Shown here: piece by piece, positions 29,493-43,145 of the stretch | How the letters are laid out: every line of letters starts with the position of its first letter | Position numbering within the stretch: position 1 is the stretch's first letter | Assembly: GCF_036365525.1 (NCBI RefSeq) | Contig: NC_090414.1 | Location: 23,376,721-23,440,720 of the forward strand | DNA length: 64,000 nt | From: Heterodontus francisci | Taxonomy: Eukaryota | Direction of reading: 5' to 3' | Position numbers and translations under genes: made by a program | Notes under the pieces: model-generated | What the model was told of the DNA's origin: nothing | Database searches by the model: none | Seen by the model: the letters and a program-made list of their open reading frames with translations, nothing else

Positions 29493-29511
29493 AAACTAAA
29501 CTAAACTAAAC
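29152..29511 (+). mobile_element. HE1/V-SINE, putative donor of the inverted duplication
   Basis: Full-length with (TAAAC)4 tail; private variants shared with the 46672-47012 copy. Confidence 0.9.
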
Positions 29512-31559
29512 ACATGAACGGGATAAAGTTCAGCTGCGAAGCCCCCTACTGTCAAATAGCCATAACAACTAAGTTCACACATGAAGAGTGGCAACTTGAG
29601 TTAAGGTACCAGACAGCTGGTATCCAAGGAGTTGTGCACCAGCAGGAAAGGGTGAAAAAGGTAAACAGACTGAAAGGTGAACATATCTTAGTAACTATCA
29701 GTTCAGCTGAGGTCACAAGACATCTCAGAAATGAAATACAGCATAATCCCTGAACTGAAAATGTTCTATTAATTATTTTTTTAAAATATTTTAAACCTGA
29801 TTGTCAAGTTTCAAGGTATTAAATGCAATTCATTTTAAGATATTAAAATCATAAATTATTTAAATAAATCTATTAAGTCCACAAATTTCTCACAATCTCA
29901 CAGCTCAAATTTTCTTTGAATTCTAGAAGTCTTCAAAGTAAAATTTATTTTTTCAGAAGATTGGATCTGAACTCAAAGAAACAGTTGCGATCTTCCAAAC
30001 CTGCTTTACCTTTTAGTGTTCATTATTCAGGGTAACCAGTAACTGCATTCTGTTATCTTTCTCCAGCAAACACAACCACTGACAACCTTCGAGTAACAGG
30101 TGACAAGGGGTAGGTCAGAGCTAGAAGATCGCAACCCTTCATCTACATTCAGAGCCAACCTCCTGACTATAAACTGGAATGTTCCGGTCCTTAATCTTAA
30201 AACAGGATCAGAATTAAAAATTAATCCGTCCCAGAGAACGGAAAATTAAATATATATTTAAAATATAACTTGGAAGGTTGTGTTAAATTTATTATTTTAA
30301 AGTTACTATACATTAAATAAATAACCTTTTAATTAACCGCTTCAATTCAAAATACCTGCTGACTCTACGTTACTGAAATTGCTGCTCTGGACTGAAGTGT
30401 CACATGTTCACCTCTTAGTGACATGAGATGTGGGTTGGAAGTGTGAGGTAGACATCAGGACTTTGTAAGAATAAAGATATGGAACTTTTTAAGAAGCTTT
30501 GGCATAAAAGAAACAGAAACTAATGGTGTGATCATGGTAATAAGAGTACAGCGGAGAGGACACTGCAGTGGATTGCTAAGCAAATGTATAGGGCAAGGAG
30601 TGTTATGCAGGGCTGATGAGGTCCTCTGTTCACACCCCATCTAGCTAGAACATCACTCCTCCGTCCCACCACCCACCCCAACCACTCACTTTCCCAGAGT
30701 GCCAAAATCTCAAAGATTTCGACACTTTATAACCTACATGGTGGAAGCATCAACAGTTTTAGCTCTCTCGTGATATACAGGGTTGTCACCTGTTGCCAAG
30801 CTGAAACCAGTTAAAAGATTTTTTCTTTGCTGTTGTTAACTTATTGAAAATCATAATCACTAGTTCACACCTCCATATCGAGAGACACAGATGTAAATGG
30901 AAAAATGTATTTATTTTCAAGATCAGATTTTGTATCTGGACTATGTTTAGAAATTCCAGAAAGGGTTCATCAAAAAATCAGACTGCCTGCTACAAAACTG
31001 CATGGCTGGCAAATCCACATCTGCATAACTATTCCAAGAGTTAAACTATTATCCAGTATTTCAAAGCACAGGGTGTTGTGCAATGTAAACATCACCTTCC
31101 TAGCTTGACTATAATTTGAATGGATTGTTATCTCAGCTGGTTGGCATCCTTCCATCTACGAAACATGGTGAACACGCAGCAAAAAATCCATTTAGGTGGG
31201 GTGTCTTCTCTTGGTGCATGTTGGTTGATGGCTGTGAAGGCCAATCCTCGAGAGGCAGGTTCTGCCACAAGTGCTGCAGAATGGATTGTGCACTCAGTGC
31301 GACATAACAAATTTCATCAGAGCTGTCCATGGTACCAGACAGGTGTTTGCATTACAATTAAAATCCAGCTTAGGGGGAATGTGATTGAAGATTTTTTTTA
31401 AATTATGTGGGGATTGGACACACTCCAATTAGATAGATTATTTGAAATGGATAGGAATGATAGGAGTAGAGGTCATGGAAAAGAATTAGGTCAGATACCA
31501 GTCATTACCATCTGGAAAAAGTTTCTATAGTCCTTTAAAATGCAACTTGACAAGTGTCT

Positions 31560-33120
31560 AAGAGGACAATTCCAGTTACAAAGAATTACACAGATATTAA
31601 AATACAATCCAGTTGGTATTTATCCTCTACAGGAGCAGTAGTCCAAATCCTTTGTGCCCTCTCAATTTACAAATCCCCATTACTTTAACAACCTATCTAA
31701 CCTAATTTAAAAATTGACATGGTATCTGTTTCAGTTGCTAACTCTGATACTGTATTCCACAGCCTTACAACTCCCTATGTAAAAAGGTTGCTCCTGTCCC
31801 CTATCCATAAATACTCACATTTAACCTTATAGCTATGTTCCCTCATTCTAGACCTCAATCATGTGAAAATGTTTCTACCAACTCTGCCCCATTCCTTCAT
31901 AATTTAAAACATCTCTATTAAAATTGCCCCATGATTTCAATTATTCTAAGAAAAACAGCCACAATTTTTCAAAATCTTTATGTGTATTGCTATGTGTTTC
32001 CTCATGCTGCACTAGGCAGCATCCTTGTGTATCTGCATTAATGCCTCTTTATTACCTCGACATCCTTCCTACAGTGCAGGGCCTAAACTGCAAATAGAAC
32101 GCCAACTCTCGTCTTACAAAGGTTTTACACAGATTCACCATTACTTCTTGTTTTTTTTTTCTATATTCTATACCTCTCACTATAAAACCCAGGATACCTC
32201 TAGCATTTTATGGCCCTATTCACTTGAGCTGTTCCTTTTCAAGGGCTTATGAACCTGTAGCACCAAATCCACATCGCCCAACTTTTCCCCATTGAAAGTA
32301 TAATCACCCGGTTTTCACCTCTTTTTAACCATCTCACATTTACTGATATTAAATTCCATCTGCCACTTCTTTGCTCATTCTACTCTTATAACTTCCTTTT
32401 GTTCTCAGGATTATTTGCCATGCCTCCTATTTTAGTATCATTGGTACATTTCGTAGCACTCCCTCTGGACCAATGTAGCCAGTGAACAGAGGCAGTCCCA
32501 CACAGAAACCTGTAGGACACTGCCGCATACGTCCAACCACTCTGAGAAATCGCCCTGAACTTCGACTTTTCATTTCCTTATGAAGTTTTTAATCCAATTT
32601 GTTACTCTCTCCCTGACTCCAACCCCTTTCATCTTCTCCAATACTGTTCTATGTGATATCAAAAGCTTTCTGAAAGTATAACGCATCCACCATATCTGTC
32701 AACTCTGCAAAGAATTCTTTTGTCCAATGATTCAGGTTTTGAGCACAATTTTCCTTCTGAAATCCATCTTGGCTGCTTCTAATTATTTCCTCTTCATCTA
32801 GAGGGGGAAATTGTTTGGAGATTAAAACTAGGGGGCAAAGTTTAAAAATAAGGGGTCTCCCATTTAAGACAGAGATGAGGTGAATTTTTTTCTCTCAGAT
32901 AATCATGAGTGCGTGGAACTCTCGTCCCCGGAGAATGGTGGAGGCAGGGTCATTGAATATTTTTAAGGCAAAGGTAGACAGATTCTTAACAAAGAAGGGA
33001 GTCAAAGGGTATCAGGGGTAGGAAGGAAAGTGGAGCTGAGCCCACAAACAGTTCAGCCATGATATTATAGAATGGCAGAGCAGGCACAAGGGACCAAATA
33101 GCCTAAGCCTACTCTTCATT
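31560..33120. mobile_element. Old minus-strand CR1 (to ~32800) followed by a plus-strand CR1 3' end (32820-33120)
   Basis: CR1 nucleotide motifs such as ATTAAATTCCATCTGCCAC and CCATTTAAGACAGAGATGAGG. Confidence 0.6.
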
Positions 33121-33697
33121 CGTATGTTTGTTAGCAGACTGGCATGAATTATGCGTACCGACATTCTTCTGTCGACTGCTTGGTTATTTTAGGGTGGGGA
33201 AACTTTCCTCTTCATGCAAATAGATTCATATAAGAGTTTGAGTAGCCAGACATAAAGTTGAAATCCACACTCACATTAATTTTCATTGAATTCAAGTTGA
33301 TGATGCTAACAGGTCTTGATGTCTTGATTTAGGAAATGTTTTAATCCAACAATGAAACAACAGGACTAAAAATGGTTCTTTCCACAAAACTACGAACAGG
33401 GCACAAACAACAAGTAAGCAGCATAAATCGGACTGAATTGCCTTACCGTTGACATCCAGGTTGCCAGAGACTAAAGGCCAAGTCTGGGATGACAGCAAAC
33501 TCCCAGTTTTCCTGAATTTGTGAAAGGTTTTTCTCTACTTTTTGTTTTACCTTTAACCAGGTGGTTGCTTTCATAAGATTATTACACCATTGACTGGATG
33601 GGGCAGGCTTGAATCTAGTTGATAGTGCAGTGTTAATTACTTTTGCTTGCCATTCTGTTTGTGTGCTTGCATGTCAAATAGCTGCCAATGTACCAAC

Positions 33698-33814
33698 CTG
33701 CATTGACTATTGCATCAATTTCCAGCTTGGTGATGTCCTCCTGCAACAGTGAAAGCTTTTGATTCATGATATCGTCCTTCTTGTAGTGGGATAACGGCTG
33801 TTTAAACATTTGTT
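33698..33814 (-). CDS. MACROD1: MACROD1 coding exon 3 (117 bp), start of the macro domain
   Basis: Acceptor ttttgtttatgcag| and donor GCAG|gttggt, phase 1-1. Reads EQMFKQPLSHYKKDDIMNQKLSLLQEDITKLEIDAIVNA, the macro-domain DITKLExDAIVNAAN motif. Too short for the ORF track. Confidence 0.93.
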
Positions 33815-34919
33815 CTGCATAAACAAAATGTAGGAAAAATTAGATAATTACTTTACAGAACCATCACAAAGCTAAATCAGGAGTGTTCAACTGCTTTTTG
33901 AGCAAAAGTCTCTGGGCACAAACAGCAAACACTTGCCATACTTTCCACCAGAACAATTTAATAGAAAATTAGCATCTTACACTTTCCAACAACATAACTA
34001 GACAGCAACTGTACGAAAATTGAATGGTCTTACAGAGTAGAAAGAGAACCTTGCTTTTGTATGGTGTTTCTCATGTCCTCAGTACATCCCAAAGCATTTT
34101 AAAGTCAATGAAGTACTTTTAAAATTGTAGGCAAACGCAGCAGCCAATTTGCATGCAGCAAGGCCCCACAAACAGCAATGACATAAATGGCCAGATAATG
34201 GGATCATGCTGCACCAACCTTATAGGGATATAATGTGTACCTAAGGGTCCAAAAGGCGGGTGCCGTGTACGTGTACATTCCACACCAGAAATGCGTCACC
34301 TGCCACATTAGTAATGGTTCCTTTGTGGATGCACAGCTGACAGAGGATTAGGCCCTTTCCATATGCAAAGAGATGGGTCTCACACCTGTTCAAAGCTCCC
34401 TTTGCAAAATTTGATTCTCATGCTCTAAGCATGCCGCAGTCAGTTTCTTCAGGCATTTGGCAGCCAAACCAGAGATCCTTAAAGGAACTGCTCAAGACTG
34501 CCACCAGAAAGTTAAGTTTGGACTGTTTTACTTATTAAATCCAGGGTTGCCTGCCAGCCATCGCTCACCCCACTCCCAAACCCTCCCCTCTCTCAAGCCT
34601 TTCCTAATTATTTTGCTGCCTTCTGGGACTGGAGAGCTGCCTTGGGGGCTGCAATCAGCATTTATAGTTAGTTAGTAACAAGAAAATGAGGCCAATAGAC
34701 CAATTGGCTATGGTCCTCCACCAGCTTCATTAGATATATGTAGTATGCGCTGCACCAGATCCAATTTCTAGGCCAATCTGTTTTAGTGATCTTGGTTAAG
34801 GGATAAACATTAGCCAGGTCACCAGCAGCCTGCTCTTCCTCAACTAGTGACATGGGATCTTTTACAACAGGGGCAGACGGGCCTCCAAAAGATGGCTCCT
34901 GATGATACAGCACTGAAGT

Positions 34920-35320
34920 TTTTTTTCCCTTATTCTTTCATGGGATTTGAGCGTTGCTAGCAAGGTCAGCATTTGTTGCCCATCCCTAACTGCCCTTGGA
35001 CTGAGTGGCTTGCTCGGCCATTTCAGAGGGCAGTTAATAGTCATTGCCGTGGGTCTGGAGTCACATGTATGGCAGATTTCCTTCCCTAAAGAACATGAGT
35101 GAACCAGATGGGTTTTTAAGACAATCGATGATAGTTTCATGGCACCATTTCTGAGACTAGCTTTCAATTCCAGATTTTTATTAATTAATTGTATTTATTA
35201 ATTAATTGAATTTAATTCCACCAGCTACCATGGTAGGATTGGAACCCATGTCCCCAGGGCATTAGCCTGGCCCTCTGGAATATTAGTCTAGTGACATTAC
35301 CATTATGCCACCGTCTCCCC
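34920..35320 (-). mobile_element. tRNA-derived SINE of a third family; further copies at ~37440-37745, 51985-52232, 55465-55925, 55955-56315
   Basis: Head GGGGAGACGGTGGC...GGGTTC; shared core AAAACCCATCTGGTTCACT...AGGGAAGGAAATCTGCC; tail AGGGATGGGCAACAAATGCTG...GAAAGAAT, also seen at the LINE-like end near 28035-28370. Confidence 0.7.
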
Positions 35321-35365
35321 GGTAGTAGAAGCCTAGCTCATGTGCTCAAATCGCTGGAGTTGGGC

Positions 35366-35700
35366 TTTTATTTATTTTATTTTACTTTTTATTTAGAGAT
35401 ACAGAACTGAAACAGGCCCTTCGGCCCACCGAGTCTGTGCCGACCAACAACCACCCATTTATACTAACCCTACAGTAATCCCATATTCCCTACCACCTAC
35501 CTACGCTAGGGGCAATTTACAATGGCCAATTTACCTATCACCTGCAAGTCTTTGGCGGTGGGAGGAAACCGGAGCACCCGGCGAAAACCCACGCGGTCAC
35601 AGGGAGAACTTGCAAACTCCGCACAGGCAGTACCCAGAATTGAACCCGGGTCGCTGGAGCTGTGAGGCTGCGGTGCTAACCACTGCGCCACTGTGCCACC
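35366..35700 (-). mobile_element. HE1/V-SINE, shorter subfamily
   Basis: Head, V domain, tail and A-rich end. Confidence 0.9.
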
Positions 35701-37959
35701 CAAAAAATATGCGGCTTGAACCCACATATTTCCTAAACTTTAAACTAGCCTAGAAAAAACATATTTCAATCAAAATGGAGTCAAGTTTGACTTTACCAAA
35801 GTACACAATAATTTACAGTGCACACACAGAGTTATGTTCGCAGAACTAGATGACACCACCTTTTGGTCTACCATGAAACTGCAATACAAAGCAATGATTG
35901 AAACATTCCACTGTCAATTTTTGTAAATCAAATAATACCCCTGCTGCCCCAACCCCATTCTATAAGTTTGTACTATCCAGCAGGGGGTCATTGCATTGTG
36001 GTCAGTGTTAGGAACCCCAGCTGATATTTATTTTTCCCGTGTAACCCATGGGCACTGAAGCAAATAGTCATACGCTCACCACTGTTCCAGCTAAGATAAC
36101 TATTAACTTAAGTCAACCTATTCTGCTACCCACATTAAAAGCTCTGCTCCCCAAAATCAAAAACACTAATATTTCTAAAAGAAACTATTGTGAGATTGAG
36201 GGTTTACTGTTGTAGGCAAGACAGACCTATACGTCTGTCAGTAAGAACAGACTTTTAATTCCTGACGGTACATTTAATTTTTTTTTAGGAGAAACTCTTG
36301 AACTGTGAAACTGTGAGACTGTGATGGTAAGACAATTAAATAAAATTCTCATCAGAATGGCTCTCTAATGGTTTCTGTTCAGCCTTCCACAAGCAATTTG
36401 ATCAAATTAACAATGTCATTGCATTTATATAACAGTTCTTAAACTGTGGAAATCTCTCAATTATTACCAAGTGATACAAATGAGTCTATAAGTGGTAAAA
36501 AAAATATCCATTTTGCATTTCATTAAGTGGTTTAATAAAATTCTAAATCTCTTTACAAACATTTATGGGAAATCCTTTCTTTATTACTGAGTGAAATGAA
36601 AGTAGTTATAGAAATGATAAAGCTGGTGCCCATCTGAAAGTTTAAAAAATGTTATCTATTCTTTATTGTGCAGTTAGTTGAATTATACTCTGATCCATGC
36701 TAACTTCTAACAGTATTTTCCCTCCACATTGTTTATTTTCTCCCTTGCGCTCTGCAGCAAAGGTGTGAGCAGGAGACAATTTGGTGAAGCTAATCTCAAT
36801 CCAAGGGCAATTCACAGAATCGTAAAATTGTGACAGCACAGATGGCGGCCATTTGGCCCATCGTGTCTGCACCGGCTCTGCGGCCGAGCAATTCACTTAG
36901 TGCCATTCCCCCGCCTTCTCCCCATAACCCAGCACATTCTTCCTTTATTATCACTTATTATTATAGTTATTATAACTTATACAATTCCCAAAACCAATAG
37001 AGTGAGAGCAATGAGTAAATGATTGGGAAAAAAATTGAAGATTTGAACCAGTGGAATTGAAATCAATGTAAACAGTAGGTTATAATACCAACAGCACATA
37101 TTCTCAGCACATCTCTGCTTCTTGACAGCACTGATGAGCACACTACACCTCTGATCAGTTTGAAGTGTTGAGATGATTTTTTAAAGCCACTTCACACATG
37201 AATGATACTTGCACTGAACATCATGGTTCAACAAAAGCAATTGAATACAATGTTCTATTTCCTCGATTGTGATCCCTCATTATCTAGCTAAATACACGCA
37301 GAAAACATGATAAATACCATATTAACTTCTATTCTGTGTTTGAATGAATCACCCCATTCCGAGGAGACAGCACCATTATTGCACTATTAAGACAGCATAG
37401 AGTAAAAGGAGGGGATTCCCTATTACATTTGTTAGCTTAGTGGCAACCAAGAGATTGTGACTCCAAACCCCACCACGGCAAAGTGAAACTGCATTCAATA
37501 AAGCTGGATTGTGGGCTGTCACCAGGAGCAAAGAATGATCATGAAAGCTGTTGGATTTTCATAAAACAAATAGACTATGGTTCAGTAATGTCCTTCAGGG
37601 AAGGGAAACTGTTACTGCTACCTTGTTTGGCCCACATACAACTACAGTTCCACACTTTGTAGTTGACTCAATGTCTTCCTGACACCTAGAAATGGACAAT
37701 CCATACTGCCTTGCTTGTGTCGTCCATGGCCCAAGAACAAATAATTTTAAAAGTCTATCCCAGAAATCAATTTAATACATACTGCAAATAAAGACTTAGT
37801 TGATGTTCAGATGGCAACAGAATTATTTTTTCCTTTGACAGATTCTGCACCAATAAAAACGGGAACAAAGGAATTCCAAGCTTACAATGGCATGGTCGAA
37901 AATATTTTTTCTGTTCCTTTTTTTTGGACGAAAGGAAGGTTTGGTAGTGGAGTTTCCTA

Positions 37960-40900
37960 AGAGTTGGTGTTAAGGCCCTTGCTCTTCCTGATATATATTA
38001 ATGACCTGGACCCTGGTGCACAGGGCACTATTTCAAAATTTGTGGATGACACGAAACTTAGAACATTGTAAACTTTGAGAAGGATCGTGTAGAACTTCAC
38101 AAGGACATAGACAGGTTGATGGAATGGGTAGACAAGTGGAAGATGAAAATGAATACAGAAAAGTGTCAAGTGATTCATTTTGATAAAAAGAACACAGAGA
38201 CACAATATAATATAAAGGGTACAATTCTAAAGGGTGTGCAGGTGCTGAGCATTAATCTATTAATTGTATATCAATGGTTTGATTATATGCAGGTGGAGGG
38301 TGTTAATTGGGGTCTTACTTGAGCACTTATAAGCAGACACTTACTGAGACTGGTGGTTTTGAGTGAGGAGCTACATGTTTGTAATCCTTTTACTCTGCAC
38401 AATAAATGTGAAATTGAGTAAAGATAGGCTCCAGCATTATCATTCCATAACAAGCTTTCTGGAGTTTAACATGGTAGCAGAAATGGTTGCTGAAAGCTGG
38501 AAACTAGGAATTTTTTTTTAAACATAGAAAACTAAAACCTCAGGGCTATTGTGGAAAATATGGCATGAAGCAAGTGTAAATTATCAGGGTATGATTACCC
38601 TCTGATGTTCTGAGTCTAAAGCATATGACCAGTGGAAGAATGAAGTGGATGTGTGGACAGGGGTTACATCTCTCCCAAAGAGGAAACAAGGTATGGCCTT
38701 GGTGTTGTCACTTCCTACCAAAAGTAAAATCAGAAGTAAAGTGTTTTGTGAACTGGAAGCTCATCAGTTGGATCTTCTGTTAGAATTCTTGGATGAAATT
38801 TACAAGAAAGATAATCTATTGAATGTGTATGAGGCATGGTCAGACTATAATAAGATTTTGGAAAACAGTTATTCAATGGAGGAATATATCATGGACTTTA
38901 ACAGACTGTATAGAAGATTGAGGAAATTCAATTTGGAGATCCTTGGTTCAGTGCTAGCATTTAAATTGCTAAATTGAGCTAGGGTGTCACATATGGACAG
39001 ACTCCTGGTTCTAACTAGGGTTTGGTTCATGGACAAAGACTCCTGTTGGATCAAATGTCTGCTGCCTTAGAAAAATTCCTGGGGAAACTGTCATTTCCTG
39101 CAGCCCTGGTAGAATAAACAGGGCATTCTGTGGTGATGCAAAGAATGGAGGACTCAATGTTTACTAGATTTTGAAATGGTACAATGGAAGAGTTAAAGAC
39201 AGGGGGAATGAGGATGAAAGCACCTTTAGCAGGTCTCTTACAGTGGAAGACAGAATTGGAACAACAATCATAGGTGAATGAACCCCAGCAATGCCCAAGG
39301 AACAGTTAATAGGTGCTTATGATGTGACTCCAAGTATCATTTTGCAATGAACTGCCCTAAGTGGAGGGGCAGAATCCTTGAAATAACACATGATACAGAG
39401 AATTCTGAGGCAGAAGAGCAAGATACTGATGATTTGGAACAAATTATACTAGTCACAAGGTTTTAGTCCTGTAATGAATGTGTTAGTTGCAGATTTGTTC
39501 AACTGTGTGGTATTGGATAACGCTTGCATGTCAACAGTATGTGTACTTGGTAGTAAGGATCGATGCAAGGTTAAGGAGTGTAAAAGTACTACCAGCTTTA
39601 AGTTTGGTGATGACAACGCACTGAAGTTACAAAAGAACATAGTAATTCCTTGTAAAATAGCTGCAGTAAGCCACTTATCAGTACTGATGTAGTATCTAGT
39701 GAGATACCTTTACTGTTGAGTAAGCCTTCAATGAAAAAAGCAAAAATAGAACTTGATATGGATCATAAGGCAATTGTTTTTGGAAAGTCAGTGAATTTGC
39801 AGTTTACCCAGTCAGGACATTATTGTATACCCTTAACAAAGCCTGATATTTCTAGTCTGAGTGACATGAGAATGGCATCAGATGTTAAGAGTCAGATAAA
39901 AAGCAAATTGTCTTAAAGTTCCATACAATTTGCTCACCCTTCAGGTTGGGACAAAGACAAGAATATTTTCATTCTACATTGTATAGATCTAGCAACTAGA
40001 TTTAGTCTTTTTACAATAATAAACAGCAAGGGCAAAAGGGTGATTATAGATGAAATCATGGAGAAATGACTAGGAACTGGACTTGGGGCACCAGCTAAGT
40101 TTCTGACTGATAATGGAAGGGAATTTGCCAATGATGAGTTCAGAAACATGTGTGAAAATATGAACATTATAGTTATGAATACTGCAGCTGAAAGTCCTTT
40201 CAGCAATGGGCTCTGTGAAAAGAATAATGCAGTGTTTGATGAAATGCTGCATAAAATCTTAACTGACCAGCCAAACTGCAAGTTGACAACTGCCCTGGCA
40301 TGGGTGGTTCATGTAAAGAATTTGTTTCAGATGGTTGGAGGATATAGTCCCTATCAATTGGTCCATGGGCGAAATCCCAAATTGCCTTCTGTACAATGTG
40401 ACACTCCTCCTGCTCTAGAAGGTACGACAATTGGTTTCATTTTTTTCTGCATTTGAGTGCTTTACATGTGGGGAGGCGGGCTTTCATCAAGGCTGATGTC
40501 TGAGAAAATTCAGAGAGCTCTGAGGCATTGCATAAGGCCATCTGAGGCAGAATTTAATTCAGGAGATTTGGTGTATAATAAAAGAGAGGGTCATAGGGAA
40601 TGGAAGGGCCCTGGTAAGGTAATCGGTTGATGTTAAGATAGTAGTTATCAAGCATGGAAATCAAACTGTTAAGGTTCATTCCTCATGATTGTTAAGGGTT
40701 GATTATCAACTGCTCAGATTCTGAGATTTTGTAGAGGCAAACTATGCACCTTGTACCTCAAACACTAGTGTTTTGTGATGAAGGTCCTGAGGAACAGAAT
40801 GCGGTAGATTAAGGTTTGTATAGTAATGAGGGATCTTGACGCTCCAAGAGCTATCGCATCCAAAGGACAATTGCCCAATTTGGTACTTGAGTGACATATT

Positions 40901-43145
40901 CCAGAGGGGTCTAATTGATGGAGGCATGCAACAATTGTGGCAAGTGTATGAATATCTACAGGCACGTTTAAATATTGGTTTAAATGTTCAAGAAGATGGC
41001 AGAGAAGCAAGGTCCATGGACTGGCAGAATAGGATGAAAGAGTGGAGGGTAAGAAAGTGCAGTGCAAGTTCTAATTATAGGTCTGGAAGTGACTCTTGCA
41101 TAAGGAAGCAATCACGTACTGGAGAAAGAACCTCCAATAACATGCAAGGGAGATCTTCTAGCAGTAGTCCCGAAAGACAGCAAAGTGCAAACAGAGGTCG
41201 TAGTTTCAGCAGATTCCACAATGAAATGAAGGCTAGAGAACAATCTGAGAACAAGAAGCAAAAGTCCTCATGACTGTTAGGTTTTAGTGGCCGTCAATAA
41301 ACTTGAGGATAAACTAATGAGAAGCAAAACATAAGGAATTAGAGAGTTGGTGAGAGTTTGGAGTTTATTCTCAGGTACAGGGGCAGCTGACCTTGTCACA
41401 TAGATGGACTTGTACTGAAAAAGTCCTTCCTGATGGAACTTATAAGGCTAAAGTGAGGCTAGTCGCGAGAGGTTTTGAAGAACGACTGGGTGATATCGTT
41501 ATTACAGTGGACTCTCCTACGGCTGGAAAAGTAATTTTGAAAATCTTTTTAGCTCTTTTGGCCACATATTCATGGGAGTGTAAATTCTTTGACATAAAAG
41601 CTGCATTTCTGCAGGGTGATACTTTTCAGAGGGAAATGTTTCTGAAACCACCCAAAGAGGCAGTAGATGCAGAAGGAAAACTATGGAAACAGAACAAATG
41701 CATCTATGGCTTTAATGATGCTTCCAGGGTGTGGTATTTCTCGATGAGATCTGTTTTGTTGAAAATTGGTTGTGTTCACCTAAACGGAGTAACCATAATA
41801 TTTCTGATGGGTGAAAATGGGAAATGTTGTCCTTTAGCTTGGGAGGCTAAGAAAATAAAATGGGTCATTAAAAGCACTTTAGCTGCAGAAACACTGGGTC
41901 TTGTGGAGGCAATGGATATGGGGTTCTATTTGTCAAATATTCTGGGTGAAATTCTGAACAAAGGACATACTGAAGATAGGATATCCATTGAATGTTATGT
42001 GGATAATTGTTCTTTGTGGGATAATGTACACTCTACAAAAAAGATGAGTGAGAAATGACTACGTATTGACCTTGCTGGATTGAAATGAATGCTGGAGAGA
42101 AAGGAAATCTCCAAACTTAAATGGGTAGGTGCAAGTCATCAGCTATTCAATTGTTTCTCAAAGAAATTGTTAGGGGTGCTCGAGGAGGGGCATCTCACAA
42201 TGTAATAGTTGGTACCCAATATGGAATTTATTTTGAAATGTTCTTTGAGCATGTTAATCCATGTTGTATTATAAAAGAAGGAATCTGTTAATTGTGTATC
42301 AATGGTTTGATTATATGCAGGTGGAGGGTGTTAATTTGGGATCTTACTTAAGCATTTACAAGCAGACACTTACTGAGACTGGTGAAGGGTTTGAGTGAGG
42401 AGTTACATGTTTGTAATCTTTTTACTCTGTACAATAAATGTGAAACAGAGTAAAGATAGGCTCCAACATTATCCCTCCCTCACAAGCTTTCTGGAGTTTA
42501 ACACAGGGACCTGGGTATATAGGTGCATAAATCATTAAATGTGGCAGGACAGGTTGAGAATGCCATTAATAGAGCATAAAGCATCCTAGGCTTCATTAAT
42601 AGGGGAATAGAGTACAAAAGCAAGGAATTTTTATGTTAAACTTGTGTAAGACACTGGTTTAGGAAAGATGTGAAGGCATTAGAGCGAGTGCAGAAAAGAT
42701 TCACGAGAATGGTTCCAGGGATGAAGAACTTCAGCTACCTGGAGAAGTTGGGACTGTTTTCCTTGGAGAAGAGATTTGATAAAGGTGTTCAAAATCATGA
42801 AGTGTGTGGACAAAGTAGATAGGGAAAAACTGTTCCCATTGGTGGAAGGATCAAAAACAAGAGGGCACAGATTTAAGGTAATTGGCAAAAGAAGCAATAG
42901 CGACATGAGGAAAAACCTTTTTCATGCAGTGAGTGGTTAGGATCTGGAAAGCACTGCCTGAGTGTGGTGGAGGCAGGTTCAATCAAGGCATTCAAGAGAG
43001 AATTGGATTGTTATCTGAAAAGGAAGAATGTGCAAGGCTATGGGGAAAAGGCAAGGAAATGGCACTAAGTAAATTGCTCTTTTGGAGAGCCAGCACAGAT
43101 ATGACAGGCCAAATGGCCTCTTTCTGTGCTATAACAATTCTGTGA
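37960..43145 (+). mobile_element. CR1 LINE 3' portion split by the copia element (37960-38243 and 42504-43145)
   Basis: KFVDDTKL...EWVDKWKMKMN...GTILKGVQ on the left continues as RDLG...GFINRGIEYKS on the right; CR1 tail at ~43110. Confidence 0.85.
38258..42503 (+). mobile_element. Decayed Ty1/copia LTR retrotransposon, probably GalEa clade, inserted in a CR1 LINE
   Basis: Paired ~215-bp LTRs (38258-38471, 42286-42503; TGTT/TATT...AACA). PBS TGGTAGCAGA at 38472; purine tract at 42273-42283. Gag (QWKNEVDVWT), Zn knuckle (CxxCDSKYHFAMNC), protease (VLDNACMSTV), integrase (TDNGREFANDEF, AAESPFSNG) precede RT (KVRLVARGFEE, DIKAAFLQG, IYGFNDASRVWY) and RNase H (STLAAE, VDN), which is copia order. 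Many stops and an internal RT deletion. Confidence 0.88.

Noticed and set aside
33730-33750. QEDIT instead of GDIT in the macro domain as a sign of inactivation
   Set aside because: The adenine-binding Asp is retained, and MACROD1 orthologues vary at the preceding residue (human has SDIT, from memory).
40836-41273. 145-aa ORF as an env-like or accessory gene of the LTR element
   Set aside because: Ser/Arg-rich spacer between integrase and RT within the decayed pol; no TM segment or known motif.
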